Under the pieces are notes generated by a model. That model saw only the letters and a program-made list of their open reading frames with translations. It was not told where the DNA came from and did no database searches. This document shows, in pieces, positions 31,776 through 42,551 of a DNA stretch of 64,000 bases. Location of the stretch: the NCBI GenBank assembly GCA_963717505.1, contig OY970342.1, positions 1,568,001 to 1,632,000 on the forward strand, written 5' to 3'. The stretch is from Candidatus Eiseniibacteriota bacterium (GTDB lineage Bacteria > Eisenbacteria > RBG-16-71-46). The position numbers and the translations under genes are program-made. Position 1 is the first letter of the stretch, and each line of letters starts with the position of its first letter.

Positions 31776-32468
31776 ATGGCCAACCTCCAACGCATTGCTC
31801 TCGCCATCGCTTCGATGATGGCTGCCGCGCCCGCTCTCGGGGACAAACCCCCGCCCCCGGTCGAATCGGCATCGTTTGGCGCCTGGGAACACGGGGTTCT
31901 TGGCGAGTGCGTACTCGGCCACCCAGCCGCGACCGCCTTCATCGTTCACTACGTGCTTCCGCCCAATGACTCTTATCTCACCCTGCTCGAGCCCGACTCG
32001 TGCGGGGTCCACGACATGCGGCTCTCCACGGTTCACGCTCGGCTCTACTTCCAGGTGCCGTGCACGCAGACGTTCGCGGTCAGCATCGTCGCCGCCATCG
32101 TGGACACGTGCCTGCGCCCGGATCCCGATCAGGTTCTGTGCGGGCCAATGATCGTCGACTACGCGTCCACCACCGGAACGCAGGATGTGACCTTCGACTT
32201 GCCTTCCGGATGCGCGATCGACGGTCCGGCCTTCCTCAACATTTCATTCGTCGAACTCGAACCGGGCTGTGCGGACTTGGGCACGCGGCCGGCGCTGGTG
32301 ACCAGCAACGAGTGCCAACCCTGTTCGAGCTACAACTTCTACCCGGCCGCCCAGGTCGACGTGTGCGCCGTGCCGTTGCCCGGAAGGCCGATCATGTACG
32401 TCGAGGCCGAATCGACCGTACCCGTGCTGCGTTCCACGTGGGGTGCCGTGAGAATCCGCTATCGCTGA
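31776..32468 (+). CDS. Cys-rich secreted protein with C-terminal 'STWGAVRIRYR' tail
   Basis: Signal peptide from ATG 31776; about ten Cys; terminal TWG motif. Confidence 0.75.
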   Translation: MANLQRIALAIASMMAAAPALGDKPPPPVESASFGAWEHGVLGECVLGHPAATAFIVHYVLPPNDSYLTLLEPDSCGVHDMRLSTVHARLYFQVPCTQTFAVSIVAAIVDTCLRPDPDQVLCGPMIVDYASTTGTQDVTFDLPSGCAIDGPAFLNISFVELEPGCADLGTRPALVTSNECQPCSSYNFYPAAQVDVCAVPLPGRPIMYVEAESTVPVLRSTWGAVRIRYR

Positions 32469-32532
32469 TGGTCGCGTTCGACTACCGTTCGGGCGCCGCT
32501 TCGAGCAATCAGGATCGTCGACCTCGAAAGGA

Positions 32533-33798
32533 GTGACCGTGTACACGAATCGCAGCTTCCTTCGCCGCGCGGGTGCGCTGATCTTCGTCGCCGGCATGCT
32601 GCTCCAAGGGTGCAGCAGCGACTCGGACTCACCGACCTATCCGGGAGGCCCGGCGGCGATCGGTGGTTACGTGAGCAAGGGGCCGATCGCCGGAGCCGTG
32701 GTCGCCGTCCACTCACTGCAAGCCAACGGAACGCTGGGCAGTCAGGTCGTGGGCCCCGACACCACGGATGCCCTGGGCTACTGGGCGGGGGAAGTCCCGA
32801 CCAGCGCCGTGGCGCCGTTCGTTCTCGCCGCCGCCGGTGGCACCTACGACGACGAATCGACCGGCAACCCGGTGAGCCTCATCCCCGGACAGGTGCTGTA
32901 CGGGCTGGTCAAAGGCGCTTCGTCACAAGTGACGCCGCTCAGCCACACGACGTTCATCGGCATGCAGTACCTGGTGTCGGGCAGCGCGACCCTGACCGAC
33001 GCGATCAATCAGGCTACGGCCAGCTCGGTCACCGCGTTCGGCTTCGACTTCGCGACCACGGTGCCGCGCAATTCGGCGACCGCGACCGACAGCGAGAAAC
33101 GCTACGCCGCGCTGCTCGGTGGGCTCTCGACCTTGATCGACAACAACCCGGCACTGAGCGCCTTCTCGACGTCGCACCCGGTGGATCTGATCCTGGGCCT
33201 GGCGCGTGACATGGCCGACGGCCACCTCGATGGTCTCGATCCCTCCGGCAGCCCGATCGACGTGCCGACCAGCGGGCCAGGCACTTTGGCCGCACTCTTG
33301 CCGGGGCTGAGCGTGGACGACCTGTCCGCGTGGCTCGACGCCTGCAACACTTATGCGGCCTCGCAGGCCAACCTGAGTGGCATCAGTTTCAACACGGCCC
33401 TGGTGTGGGCGGCGGCGGGCTCGCCGGGCAGCGGGAACTGCGAAGTGACGTTCACGGGGACCGGCGCCGCACTCCTGCCGGAAGCCTGCTTCGATGAGAC
33501 CTCCAGCGCCTTGCTCAAGGAGCAATTCACCTGGAACGACGGGCCCGATGACGTGCAGATTCTTGCGATTCTGGTGACGCCGACCTCGAACCTCTTCCGG
33601 ACCCTGTATGTCACGCGGCCCGATAACGGCGGCGCAGTGTGGAACGCGTTCAACGGCTCGGGCATCCCGGGTGTCAGCCTTTCGGGTGGGGTGGTCACGT
33701 TCACGAACGTCGTGCTGCCCGAGCTGACCTCGGGGGGAACGTCGTTGACGCTCAACGGTCAGCTCGACGAACCCAGTCCCAGCGCGCCAGCGCCGTGA
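32533..33798 (+). CDS. Hypothetical lipoprotein
   Basis: Lipobox LLQG-C followed by SSDSDS; 'GYVSKGPIAGAVV', 'VTPLS'; AAGGAG RBS. Confidence 0.75.
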   Translation: MTVYTNRSFLRRAGALIFVAGMLLQGCSSDSDSPTYPGGPAAIGGYVSKGPIAGAVVAVHSLQANGTLGSQVVGPDTTDALGYWAGEVPTSAVAPFVLAAAGGTYDDESTGNPVSLIPGQVLYGLVKGASSQVTPLSHTTFIGMQYLVSGSATLTDAINQATASSVTAFGFDFATTVPRNSATATDSEKRYAALLGGLSTLIDNNPALSAFSTSHPVDLILGLARDMADGHLDGLDPSGSPIDVPTSGPGTLAALLPGLSVDDLSAWLDACNTYAASQANLSGISFNTALVWAAAGSPGSGNCEVTFTGTGAALLPEACFDETSSALLKEQFTWNDGPDDVQILAILVTPTSNLFRTLYVTRPDNGGAVWNAFNGSGIPGVSLSGGVVTFTNVVLPELTSGGTSLTLNGQLDEPSPSAPAP

Positions 33799-33800
33799 GT

Positions 33801-35090
33801 CTAGCGACGTTTGGCCGGAGCCGAGGCTGCGATCAGCGGCTCGGTCACGGGCGGCATCTCCAGACCTCGTAGCAGCGCGAGCGCCGCGTCTCGTTCGGGG
33901 CGGAATGCGTCCATCTGCTCCGGTCCGAGCGCCGACGCGGCCGGCAGGCTCACCGTCAGCGGGTTCCGGTGCTGCCCGTTCTTGATGAACTCGTAGTGCA
34001 GGTGCGAGCCGGTCGCGAGTCCGGTGGAACCGACACGCCCGATGATCTGCCCCTGGTCGACCCGCGCGCCGGGACGCACGCCAATCGAGCTCAGGTGGGC
34101 GTAGCGGGTCCAGATGCCGTGCGTGTGGCGAATCTCGACGGTCTTGCCGTAGGCGCCCCACGCGCCGGCGCGGGTCACGGTGCCGGCGGCGGTGGCCCGC
34201 ACCGCGGCGCCGTGCGGGGCGCCATAGTCGATGCCTTGATGCGGCCGGCTGCGTTTGAGGATCGGGTGGTAGCGACGGTTCGTGAACCCGCTGGTGATTC
34301 GGTACGGCACGGGGTAACGGAGGAAGACACCACGGAGTGCGTGGCCTTCGATGTCGTAGTACTCGCGCCGGCCGCCCGGCGCGGTGAACGGGATCGCGGG
34401 CAGCACGTGCTCTTCATTCCGGAACTCGATCGCCAGGAATCGACGAGCGCGAATCGATCGATCGGGGCGCACCTCGCGCTCGACCGCGACCCGGAACGCG
34501 TCGCCCGCTCGCAGGTCTCGGGTGAAGTCGATCTTCCACGCGAATACTTCGGCCAGGTCGTAGACGAATTCCTCGTACTCCCCGTCCTGGAGGCGATCCA
34601 CTTCACCGCTCAACCGGGCGAGCCAGAGGTTCGACTCGATCAGCCCGGCCAGCCGCACGGTGTCGACCACCACCGGCACGACTTCTTTCCACGCCGTCCA
34701 GCCGGAATCGGCGGGAGCCACGTGCAGGATGGTGTCCTGGTCCACGTGCAGCGCGAGCAGCCTCGGTCGTTGGCCGGCGAAGCCAGTGAACGACAGGATC
34801 GCGCCCGGACGCAGGCTGCGCGGGCTCTTGTGCTCCCGGATGGCGGCGCCGATCTCGTGGATCTCGAACTCGTCGAATTGATGCTCGGCCATGATCTCGG
34901 CGAGGGTCTCGCCGGAGCCCAGCGTGTCCGCAATCGTTACGCGCTCAGGGGGCGGCGACGCCGCGACGGCGCGCACTTCGGCCGACGGCATCGAACGGCC
35001 CGTGAGCGTCGAGGCCACGAGCCAGCAGCCCGCGATGATGGCAGGGACCGCGACCCACAGGGCCCGAAGTGGGGGAGACGGCTTCAGCAT
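33801..35090 (-). CDS. M23 family peptidoglycan DD-endopeptidase (MepM/Csd3-like)
   Basis: HQGIDYGA (HxxxD), YAHLS, GSTGLATGSHLHYE (HxH). Confidence 0.92.
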   Translation of the reverse strand: MLKPSPPLRALWVAVPAIIAGCWLVASTLTGRSMPSAEVRAVAASPPPERVTIADTLGSGETLAEIMAEHQFDEFEIHEIGAAIREHKSPRSLRPGAILSFTGFAGQRPRLLALHVDQDTILHVAPADSGWTAWKEVVPVVVDTVRLAGLIESNLWLARLSGEVDRLQDGEYEEFVYDLAEVFAWKIDFTRDLRAGDAFRVAVEREVRPDRSIRARRFLAIEFRNEEHVLPAIPFTAPGGRREYYDIEGHALRGVFLRYPVPYRITSGFTNRRYHPILKRSRPHQGIDYGAPHGAAVRATAAGTVTRAGAWGAYGKTVEIRHTHGIWTRYAHLSSIGVRPGARVDQGQIIGRVGSTGLATGSHLHYEFIKNGQHRNPLTVSLPAASALGPEQMDAFRPERDAALALLRGLEMPPVTEPLIAASAPAKRR

Positions 35091-35171
35091 CGCGCGGCAG
35101 GATAGATCATGAGGTCGGGGTCCGCGAGCCGCATCGTTCCTCCATGGCGCCCACCAGGCCGGACAAACCGA

Positions 35172-35199
35172 TTATCGGCGGCAAGGGCGATCGCCTTCA
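35172..35199 (-). promoter_or_regulatory. Putative sigma28-family promoter for the M23 peptidase
   Basis: Minus strand TGAAG-N15-GCCGATAA, about 80 nt upstream of the ATG. Confidence 0.5.
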
Positions 35200-35262
35200 T
35201 TTCCACGGCACTTGCCCGTTCGCAGGTTCAAACCTCGCCACGCTGCGTACGAACCAGTTGCC

Positions 35263-37518
35263 TCAGTCGTCGAGGCGCATTCGGGCGAGCAGGGTGCGGA
35301 ATCTCGGTTCGCCGCGCAGGCTGTCGAGGCGCGGGTGCACCTTGAGGAACACCAGCGAGCTGTCGCGCTCGGCATAGGCGCGCTCGAGCCAGTCGAGTGC
35401 TCGAGAGTTCTCGCCGGCGATTGCGTGGAACGACGCGATCCCGAAGGGCGCGACGTATGAAGTCTTGGCCAGCTCCAGGACTTCGGCCATCACCCGCCGG
35501 GCCTCGTCGCGCTGGCCATTGCGCCACAGCATGATCGCGAGCCCGGTGGACGGCGGCTCGGTGCCATCGGAACGGGTCACGCCGCGGCGGAAGAAGGCGA
35601 GTGCTTCTTCGTAGCGGCCGACGTGCTCGAGCGAGCGGGCCAGATCGGTGTTGCCGGGGCCGAACGACGGGTCCAGCTCCTGGCAGCGCTGGTTGTACGT
35701 GATCGATTCCTCGAATCGTCTCGCCCAGAACATGACGTCGCCGACCATCGTGTAGGTGATCAGCGACAACGGGTCCAGCTCGAGTCCGTGAATCGCCTCG
35801 CCGATCGCTTCCTGGTGGCGGCCCATGCACGAGAGGTGAACGGCGAACCGCCCGTGGGTTTCCGCGAGCCCCGGATTCAACTCGAGCGCGCGCATGAACT
35901 CCCGCTCCGCAGCCGGCCAATCCCAGTCCTGGAGCCGGAGCATCGACGCCAGCGAGCTGTGCAGCTCTCCGACCGAAGGATCGATCGCGAGGCCCTGCTC
36001 GGCGGCGGCGCGGGCCTTCGAATTGGCCTCATCGGGCGGCAACGCGCGGGTCGTGCCGAGGACCCGGTAGGAGTCGCTGATTCCGGCGTATGCGAGTGGG
36101 TACTTGGGATCGGCGGCGATCGCCTCCTCGAAGCAACGAATACTCTTGCGCACCGCGTCCGGCGACCAGCGATTCCACAGGTACCGGCCGCGCAGGTAGG
36201 CAACGTGCGCCGTCGGATCGATGGGACCGCGCGGCTGCAAGCGCACTTGCTCGGCGGGAGTCACCTTGACCCGAATCTCTTCGGCGATCGCACCCGCTAC
36301 CTCACTCTGGATCGCAAGGATGTCGGTCAGGTCGCGGTCGTAGCTCTTGGCCCACAGACTGCGATCGGCGAGCGCATCGACCAATTGCACCGTGACGCGG
36401 ACACGATCGCCGACGCGCAGCGCGGAGCCCTCGACCACGTGCTGCACGTTGAGCTCGCGCGCGATGTCGGCGAGCGCCCGGCCGCCGCCCTTGAAGCGCA
36501 TGGCCGAGGTGCGCGAGATCACGCGCAGTGCGCCGATCTGGGCGAGGTCCGCGATCAACATGTCGGTCAGGCCGTCGGCGAGAAACTCCTGCGTTGGGTC
36601 GCCCGAGCGGTTCTCGAACGGCAGGACCACGAGGGACCGCGTGCCGTCACTGCCCGAGGAGTCCGGCGACGGGGCCCGAGGCTCGAGAGCGTTCTCGCGC
36701 CCGCGCAGCGCGCGCGCCAGCGTCGCGGCATCGGGAAATCGCTGGGCCGGCGCTTTTTCGAGGCATCGAGCCACGATGGCGTCGAAATCGCGCGACACGC
36801 CGGGGTGCGAGTCCCGAATGCGCGGCGCGGGTTCGTGCACGATGCGATAGAGCGTCGCCACCGGCTCGCCGCCCGCGAACACGGCCCGACCCGCCACCAT
36901 TTCATAGAGCAGCAGTCCGAGCGCGTGCACGTCGGTGCGCGCGTCGACCGGGTGCTGTTGGATCTGTTCGGGCGCCATGTAGGGGACGGTGCCCGCAATC
37001 CAATTCGAGTCGCTGGCGGTCGCCGCGCGCGTCGGATCGCCGGCGCCGGCCACGAAGTGCGCCAGTCCGAAGTCGAGCACCTTGGCGCGTCCGCGCGGGG
37101 TGATCGCCACGTTGCTCGGCTTCAGGTCGCGGTGAACGACCCCCAGCTCGTGTGCGGTCTGCAACGCCTCGGCGATCTCGAACCCGATGGCGCGCGCACG
37201 AGCCTCGGGCAGCGGTCCCCCGGCGAGCAGGTCCGCCAGCGTTCCCCCTGAAACGAACTCCATGACCAGGAAGTCCGCACCGTCCTGGGCGTCGAGGTCG
37301 AACAACGTCGCGATCCCGGGATGCAACAGGCGCGAAAGCGCGCGGGCCTCGGCGGTGAAGCGCCGCCGAACGTCCTGGCTGTCGAGCGCATCCGGGCGGA
37401 TCAGCTTGAGCGCGACCTCGCGGCCGAGGCGGGGGTCCTCGGCGCGATACACCACACCCATCCCGCCCTGGCCCAAACGTTCAACGATGCGATATCGACC
37501 CAGCGAAGAACCGATCAT
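35263..37518 (-). CDS. Hanks-type Ser/Thr kinase with TolB-N-like and TPR domains
   Basis: LGQGGMGVVY, VALK, HRDLKPSN, DFG, YMAPE; 'SLVVLPFENRSGD'; TPR helices. Confidence 0.95.
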   Translation of the reverse strand: MIGSSLGRYRIVERLGQGGMGVVYRAEDPRLGREVALKLIRPDALDSQDVRRRFTAEARALSRLLHPGIATLFDLDAQDGADFLVMEFVSGGTLADLLAGGPLPEARARAIGFEIAEALQTAHELGVVHRDLKPSNVAITPRGRAKVLDFGLAHFVAGAGDPTRAATASDSNWIAGTVPYMAPEQIQQHPVDARTDVHALGLLLYEMVAGRAVFAGGEPVATLYRIVHEPAPRIRDSHPGVSRDFDAIVARCLEKAPAQRFPDAATLARALRGRENALEPRAPSPDSSGSDGTRSLVVLPFENRSGDPTQEFLADGLTDMLIADLAQIGALRVISRTSAMRFKGGGRALADIARELNVQHVVEGSALRVGDRVRVTVQLVDALADRSLWAKSYDRDLTDILAIQSEVAGAIAEEIRVKVTPAEQVRLQPRGPIDPTAHVAYLRGRYLWNRWSPDAVRKSIRCFEEAIAADPKYPLAYAGISDSYRVLGTTRALPPDEANSKARAAAEQGLAIDPSVGELHSSLASMLRLQDWDWPAAEREFMRALELNPGLAETHGRFAVHLSCMGRHQEAIGEAIHGLELDPLSLITYTMVGDVMFWARRFEESITYNQRCQELDPSFGPGNTDLARSLEHVGRYEEALAFFRRGVTRSDGTEPPSTGLAIMLWRNGQRDEARRVMAEVLELAKTSYVAPFGIASFHAIAGENSRALDWLERAYAERDSSLVFLKVHPRLDSLRGEPRFRTLLARMRLDD

Positions 37519-37604
37519 GATGCTCCGATGACCCCGGCCTCGTGAACTGATCCGGCCGAGTTTACTTCACACCGCGCCTCGGACCCTGCTAGTGTCCCGC
37601 CTCC

Positions 37605-39371
37605 ATGAGTCCGGCCGACGCCGCGTCTTTCTCCGAGACCCCCGGAATCAAGCCTCCGGGTACGCGCGAACTCACCTTCCGCTCGATGGTCACCGCGGTG
37701 GTGGTCGCGGCCGTGATCGGCGCCTCCTACCCGTACGTCGTCCTCAAGCTCGGCTTCGGCCCCAACATTTCCGTGGTCTCCGCGTTCTTCGGCTATCTGG
37801 CGCTCGGGATCGCGTTCCGCAACTTCCATCGCTGGGAGAACAACATCGTCCAGACCGCGGGGACGTCGGCGGGACAGACCGCGTTCCTGTGCACGATCAT
37901 GGCCGCATTCGACCTGCTGCGTATGGACGCTTCGGCCAACTTCACGTTCGAGCTGACGCCGATGCAGTCGTTCATCTGGCTGACCACCGCCGGCGCGCTC
38001 GGCGTTCTGCTGTCGGTGCCGATGCGGCGCCACTTCATCGTCGACGAGAAGCTCACCTTCGCCGACGGTGTGGCGGCCGCGGAAACCCTGGTGGTGCTCG
38101 ACTCGCGCGACGACGCATCCAAGGGTGCGGCGCGCGCCATGGCGCTGGGCGGCATCCTGTCGGCGGTGACCATGGCGATTCGCGAGGACGCGCGCCTGAT
38201 CGCGGCCGCGTGGTACCGGATTCCCGAGATGCTGCCGCTTGGGCCCACCGGAGCGACCATGAACGTCGGTATCAGCTGGAGCCTGCTGTCGATGGGGTCC
38301 GGAATGATCGTCGGCATGCGCATCACGCTCAGCATGCTGCTCGGGATGATCCTGGCGTGGGTGGTTGCGCCGCCGCTGCTGCAGCAGAGTGGTGCCGTGC
38401 CCAACATGGTGCGCCGCGAAATGCTGCTGTGGGTGATGTGGCCCGCCGTCGGTTGCCTGGTGGCCGGGGGACTGACCGCGCTCGTGCTGCGCTGGAAGTT
38501 GCTGGTCAAGACATTCCAGAGTCTGCGGACCGCACAGCTCGACAGCGGCGACTTCCCGATCAAGTGGGTGATCTGGGGCTCGATCGTGTGCACCATCGCG
38601 CTCGTGGCCTTCCAGAAGATAAGCCTCGGGATGCCGATCTGGCTGACGCTCTCGGCGATCGTGCTCTCGATTCCGCTGATGCTGGTCGGCATCCGCGTGC
38701 TGGGCGAAACCAATTGGGGTCCGATCAGCCCGTTGTCGAACATGATGCAGGGCATCTTCGGGGTGCTGGCGCCCGGTCAGCTGTTGCCCAACATCGTGTC
38801 GGTCGGCGTCACCGGCTCGGTGGCCACACAGTCCGAAGGACTGATGCAGGACTTCAAGACCGGCCACATCATCGGCAGCACGCCGCGCTTCCTGACTTAC
38901 GCGCAGTTGCTCGCGGTGCCGGTCGGTGCTGCGGCGGTCGCCATCGTCTATCCGTTGCTGCGCAATACCTACGGCATCGGCGGCGAGCACGGACTGCAGT
39001 CGCCGATCTCCCAGCGCTTCGCCGGCTTCGGCAAGATTCTCTCGCAGGGCGTCGAGGCGTTGCCGCCGGGAGCCGTGGTCGCGCTGATGATCGGCGTCGC
39101 GATCGGCATCATCCTGACGCTGCTCGAAGGCACCAAGTATCGCGGCATGGTCCCATCGCCCACCGGCATCGGCATCGGCATGCTGGTGCCGGGCAGTGCC
39201 GTGGTGTCGATGTTCATTGGCGCTGTCGGCGCCGAGGCCTGGAAGTGGGCGCGACCCAAGCAGGCGAATCAGAACCTGATTCCGCTGGCCTCGGGATTCA
39301 TCGCCGGCGAGGCCCTGGTCGCGGTGATCATTCCGATATTGGTGGCCGTGGGGATCGTGACCCTGCGCTGA
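37605..39371 (+). CDS. OPT/YSL family oligopeptide transporter
   Basis: ELTFRS, LKLG, ENNIVQTA, LMQDFKTGH, ASGFIAGE. Confidence 0.92.
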   Translation: MSPADAASFSETPGIKPPGTRELTFRSMVTAVVVAAVIGASYPYVVLKLGFGPNISVVSAFFGYLALGIAFRNFHRWENNIVQTAGTSAGQTAFLCTIMAAFDLLRMDASANFTFELTPMQSFIWLTTAGALGVLLSVPMRRHFIVDEKLTFADGVAAAETLVVLDSRDDASKGAARAMALGGILSAVTMAIREDARLIAAAWYRIPEMLPLGPTGATMNVGISWSLLSMGSGMIVGMRITLSMLLGMILAWVVAPPLLQQSGAVPNMVRREMLLWVMWPAVGCLVAGGLTALVLRWKLLVKTFQSLRTAQLDSGDFPIKWVIWGSIVCTIALVAFQKISLGMPIWLTLSAIVLSIPLMLVGIRVLGETNWGPISPLSNMMQGIFGVLAPGQLLPNIVSVGVTGSVATQSEGLMQDFKTGHIIGSTPRFLTYAQLLAVPVGAAAVAIVYPLLRNTYGIGGEHGLQSPISQRFAGFGKILSQGVEALPPGAVVALMIGVAIGIILTLLEGTKYRGMVPSPTGIGIGMLVPGSAVVSMFIGAVGAEAWKWARPKQANQNLIPLASGFIAGEALVAVIIPILVAVGIVTLR

Positions 39372-39424
39372 GAGGTCCAACCTCGCGTGCGCCGAAAGCG
39401 GCGCTGCGCTAGCGTCGTCCCCCG

Positions 39425-41086
39425 ATGGATCGAACGTACGCCCGGCAAGGCTGGATCATCGCGCTCACCCTCGCTGTCCTCGCCGCCGGACTGCACACCG
39501 CATTCTCACCCTTCGGTTTCAATCCCACCGACGAAGGATTCGTGCTGGCCTACAGCCGCCGAGCCCTGGACGGCCAGGTTCCGCACCGCGACTTCATCTC
39601 GATCCGCCCGGCGGGATCAGCCTACCTGCACGTGGCCGAAGTCGCGTTGGGCGGCGACCACACGCTTCTGGCATCCCGCGCGACGATCTGGCTCCAGTTC
39701 GCCTTGATCGCGTGGTTGTGGACGATGATGGCGCTGTCGCCGGCAGGCGCGGGCTGTTGTCCGTTGCCCGCCCCGGTCCCGGGTCGCGTCATGGCGGTGC
39801 TGCGTAGCCTGGCCGCGGCGGCGCTGTCGGCGCTGGTGCTCGCGCTGACCTCCAATCTCTTCCCGCTCATGCCCTGGCACACGGTGGACGGGCTCCTGCT
39901 TTGGGCCGTCGCCTCGTTCTGTCTGTTCCACGGCGGTCCGCGCGCGCGCAGTTTGGGCCTGGTCGCGGCCGGCGCCGCCGTGCTGTGCAAGCAGAGTTTC
40001 CTGCCGCTCGCGCTGGCCACTCCCTTGATTTGGGGCGGCGCGCGCGAAGTTCGGACCTGGGTCTTGGTGCTCGGCCCGATCGTGCTCTACGCCGTTGCGA
40101 TCACCATTGCCGGAGGCGCCACCGACGGGATCGCCCAGCTATTCGCGCAGCAGGGTTTCGCCGCCGTCGCTGTGCTCACCTATCTCGTGTCGATCCGCTT
40201 CTGGGAGGGAGCGGGACTCGGACTCGCGGCGGTGGGACTCGCCTGGCTCTCGGGTCGGTCGGTGGATGAGCGCATCGCCCAACTCGGCAAGGGTGCTGTG
40301 GGCGTGGTGATCACGGGCGTGCTGGCCGTAGTCGCCGGCTCGGTGGGCAAGCCGGATTTCGGCGCGCGAGAAGCGCATCTGCTGTTCGGGTTCGGCATCG
40401 TGCTGCTGCTGGCTCCTGGAATCGAGCGACGCGGGCTGGGCGCGGCATTGGCCGGGGCGTGGTGCGCGGCCATCTCCATTGGGCGCGCCACGCCCGACTT
40501 GGGAAGCGGCGCGATCCTCGCCATGCTCGCTCGGTACGGAGGCACGATGCTGCCCCCGATGCCACGGGCCGCGGCCGCCGGCGCGATCGTGACCGTCTTG
40601 TTCGCAGTCACGGCTTTGGCTCAGGTCAGTGCCGGGCGTGCGAGCCACGTCTACCGCGACCGTCCTCGAGCCGAGTTGCATCACGATCTCGGCGCAGTAT
40701 TCGCGGGCGGCTCCGGAATCCGAACCAGTGCTCGAACCTTGGAGGTGATGGCCGACTTGCACGACTGGTCGACCAAGCTCCAGGGCCGGCGTTTCGCGAT
40801 CGTGCCCGACTTTCCGGTGTGGTGGACGACGTCCCCGGAGCCGAATCCCTTGCCGATCGACTGGCCGCAGGACACCGAGCTGGCCACGCCCGCGCTGCTC
40901 GCGCGGGTGACCGAAGCCCTCGACTCCCAGCGCGGGCACATCACCGTGCTGGTCGAAAGGCGAGAGGTTCGCCTGCTCGCTCGCCGCCCACCGCCACCGA
41001 TGCTCGGCCACTACGCCGTGGTCGCGCACGTGCGGAATCGCTGGCGGCCGGTCGGAGAGTCGGAGTACTTTATCGCCTACGAGTAG
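39425..41086 (+). CDS. Polytopic membrane protein, GT-C (ArnT/PMT-like) candidate
   Basis: '[22 protein letters not shown]' N-terminal loop motif; multiple TMs; 'KQ' motif. Confidence 0.65.
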   Translation: MDRTYARQGWIIALTLAVLAAGLHTAFSPFGFNPTDEGFVLAYSRRALDGQVPHRDFISIRPAGSAYLHVAEVALGGDHTLLASRATIWLQFALIAWLWTMMALSPAGAGCCPLPAPVPGRVMAVLRSLAAAALSALVLALTSNLFPLMPWHTVDGLLLWAVASFCLFHGGPRARSLGLVAAGAAVLCKQSFLPLALATPLIWGGAREVRTWVLVLGPIVLYAVAITIAGGATDGIAQLFAQQGFAAVAVLTYLVSIRFWEGAGLGLAAVGLAWLSGRSVDERIAQLGKGAVGVVITGVLAVVAGSVGKPDFGAREAHLLFGFGIVLLLAPGIERRGLGAALAGAWCAAISIGRATPDLGSGAILAMLARYGGTMLPPMPRAAAAGAIVTVLFAVTALAQVSAGRASHVYRDRPRAELHHDLGAVFAGGSGIRTSARTLEVMADLHDWSTKLQGRRFAIVPDFPVWWTTSPEPNPLPIDWPQDTELATPALLARVTEALDSQRGHITVLVERREVRLLARRPPPPMLGHYAVVAHVRNRWRPVGESEYFIAYE

Positions 41087-41154
41087 CGCGCGGTCACGCC
41101 CCGAACCCCCGCGCCCAGCGGCCCCGACGACGCCGCGATGCCAGGAGAACCGCC

Positions 41155-42030
41155 ATGATCCAGACGCAGTCCAAGATCGAAAGCCGCGGATATGTTCAGC
41201 CCGACGTTCTGGTGAGCACCGATTGGGTGGAGGCGCACCTGCGCGATCCCGACGTGCGCATCATCGAATCGAACGAGGATCCGCTCCTCTACCCGTCCGG
41301 CCACATTCCGGGAGCGGTCGAGGTGGATTGGGCGCGAGACCTGAATCACCCGCTGCGCCGCGACTATCTGGACCGGGTGTCCTTCGGCCAGCTCATGTCG
41401 CGCATCGGCGTCACTCGCGACACGCGCGTGATCTTCTACGGGGACAAGAACAATTGGTGGGCCTGCTATGCGTTCTGGATCTTCCAGCTCTTCGGACACA
41501 AGAACGCGCGGGTGATGGACGGCGGCCGGCTCAAGTGGGAGAAGGAAGGCCGGATGATGTCACGCGAGGCGCCACGCTACCCGGCGACCGCCTACGAGGC
41601 GCCCGAGCGCGACGACCGAACGATCCGCATCTTCCGCGACCAGGTGCTGAAGCACATGGAGGCCGGCAAGCCGCTGGTGGACGTGCGCAGTCCGCAGGAA
41701 TACTCGGGCGAGCGCACGCACATGGCGGAGTATCCGCAAGAGGGTGTGCTGCGCGGCGGGCACATTCCGGGTGCCAGGAGCGTGCCGTGGGCGCGGGCCG
41801 TGAATCCCGAAGACGGCACGTTCAAGACCGCGGCCGAGTTGCGCGACATCTACGAAAAGGAACAAGGGCTGACGCCCAACGACGACGTCGTCGCCTACTG
41901 CCGGATCGGGGAGCGCAGCAGCCTGACCTGGTTCGTGCTCAGCTACCTGCTCGGTTATCCCAAGGTCAGGAACTACGACGGCAGCTGGACCGAATGGGGG
42001 AACTCCGTCGGACTCCCGATCGAGCGCTGA
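41155..42030 (+). CDS. Tandem-domain rhodanese / thiosulfate sulfurtransferase (SseA/CysA-like)
   Basis: GHIPGA twice, active-site [16 protein letters not shown]. Confidence 0.93.
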   Translation: MIQTQSKIESRGYVQPDVLVSTDWVEAHLRDPDVRIIESNEDPLLYPSGHIPGAVEVDWARDLNHPLRRDYLDRVSFGQLMSRIGVTRDTRVIFYGDKNNWWACYAFWIFQLFGHKNARVMDGGRLKWEKEGRMMSREAPRYPATAYEAPERDDRTIRIFRDQVLKHMEAGKPLVDVRSPQEYSGERTHMAEYPQEGVLRGGHIPGARSVPWARAVNPEDGTFKTAAELRDIYEKEQGLTPNDDVVAYCRIGERSSLTWFVLSYLLGYPKVRNYDGSWTEWGNSVGLPIER

Positions 42031-42034
42031 CGCG

Positions 42035-42490
42035 GTGGTGGATGCTCCCTTGCCCGAGCGGCTCGACGAGTTGGTCCGCGAGGTCCAGAGCCTGGATCGC
42101 ACCGACCGCGCCGAGACGCTGATCGACTACGCGGACCGATTCGTCGAGGTGCCGCCGGAAGTGGCGATCCGGCCGTTCCCCGAGTCGCAACGCGCGCCGC
42201 GCTGTGAGTCCGACGCCTACGTCTGGGTGACCGATCGGCCCGACGGCACGCTCCAGCTGTACTTCGCGGTCGAGAACCCGCAGGGCATCTCGGCCAAGGC
42301 GTGGGCCGTGATCCTCGACGAGACGCTCTCGGGCCTGCCCGCCGAGCAGATCGCTCGCGTTCCCGGCGACATCGTGTTCGACATCTTCGGCAAGGACCTG
42401 TCGATGGGCAAAGGCCAGGGCCTGCTCGGGATGCTCGAGGTGGTCCACCACGAGGCTCGCCGGCGCCTGAGGGCGCGACACGCGCCGTGA
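42035..42490 (+). CDS. SufE family sulfur-acceptor protein
   Basis: 'RAETLIDYA...CESDAYVW...GISAK...LSGLPAEQI'; directly after the rhodanese. Confidence 0.82.
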   Translation: MVDAPLPERLDELVREVQSLDRTDRAETLIDYADRFVEVPPEVAIRPFPESQRAPRCESDAYVWVTDRPDGTLQLYFAVENPQGISAKAWAVILDETLSGLPAEQIARVPGDIVFDIFGKDLSMGKGQGLLGMLEVVHHEARRRLRARHAP

Positions 42491-42496
42491 GCCGAC

Positions 42497-42524
42497 TCAG
42501 GGACTGACCGCCGCTCGCCGATAA
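42497..42524 (+). promoter_or_regulatory. Putative sigma28-family promoter for the aspartyl protease
   Basis: TCAGG-N15-GCCGATAA in the intergenic gap. Confidence 0.5.
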
Positions 42525-42551
42525 CCGCGCCACGACGCACCCCCTCGGGCG

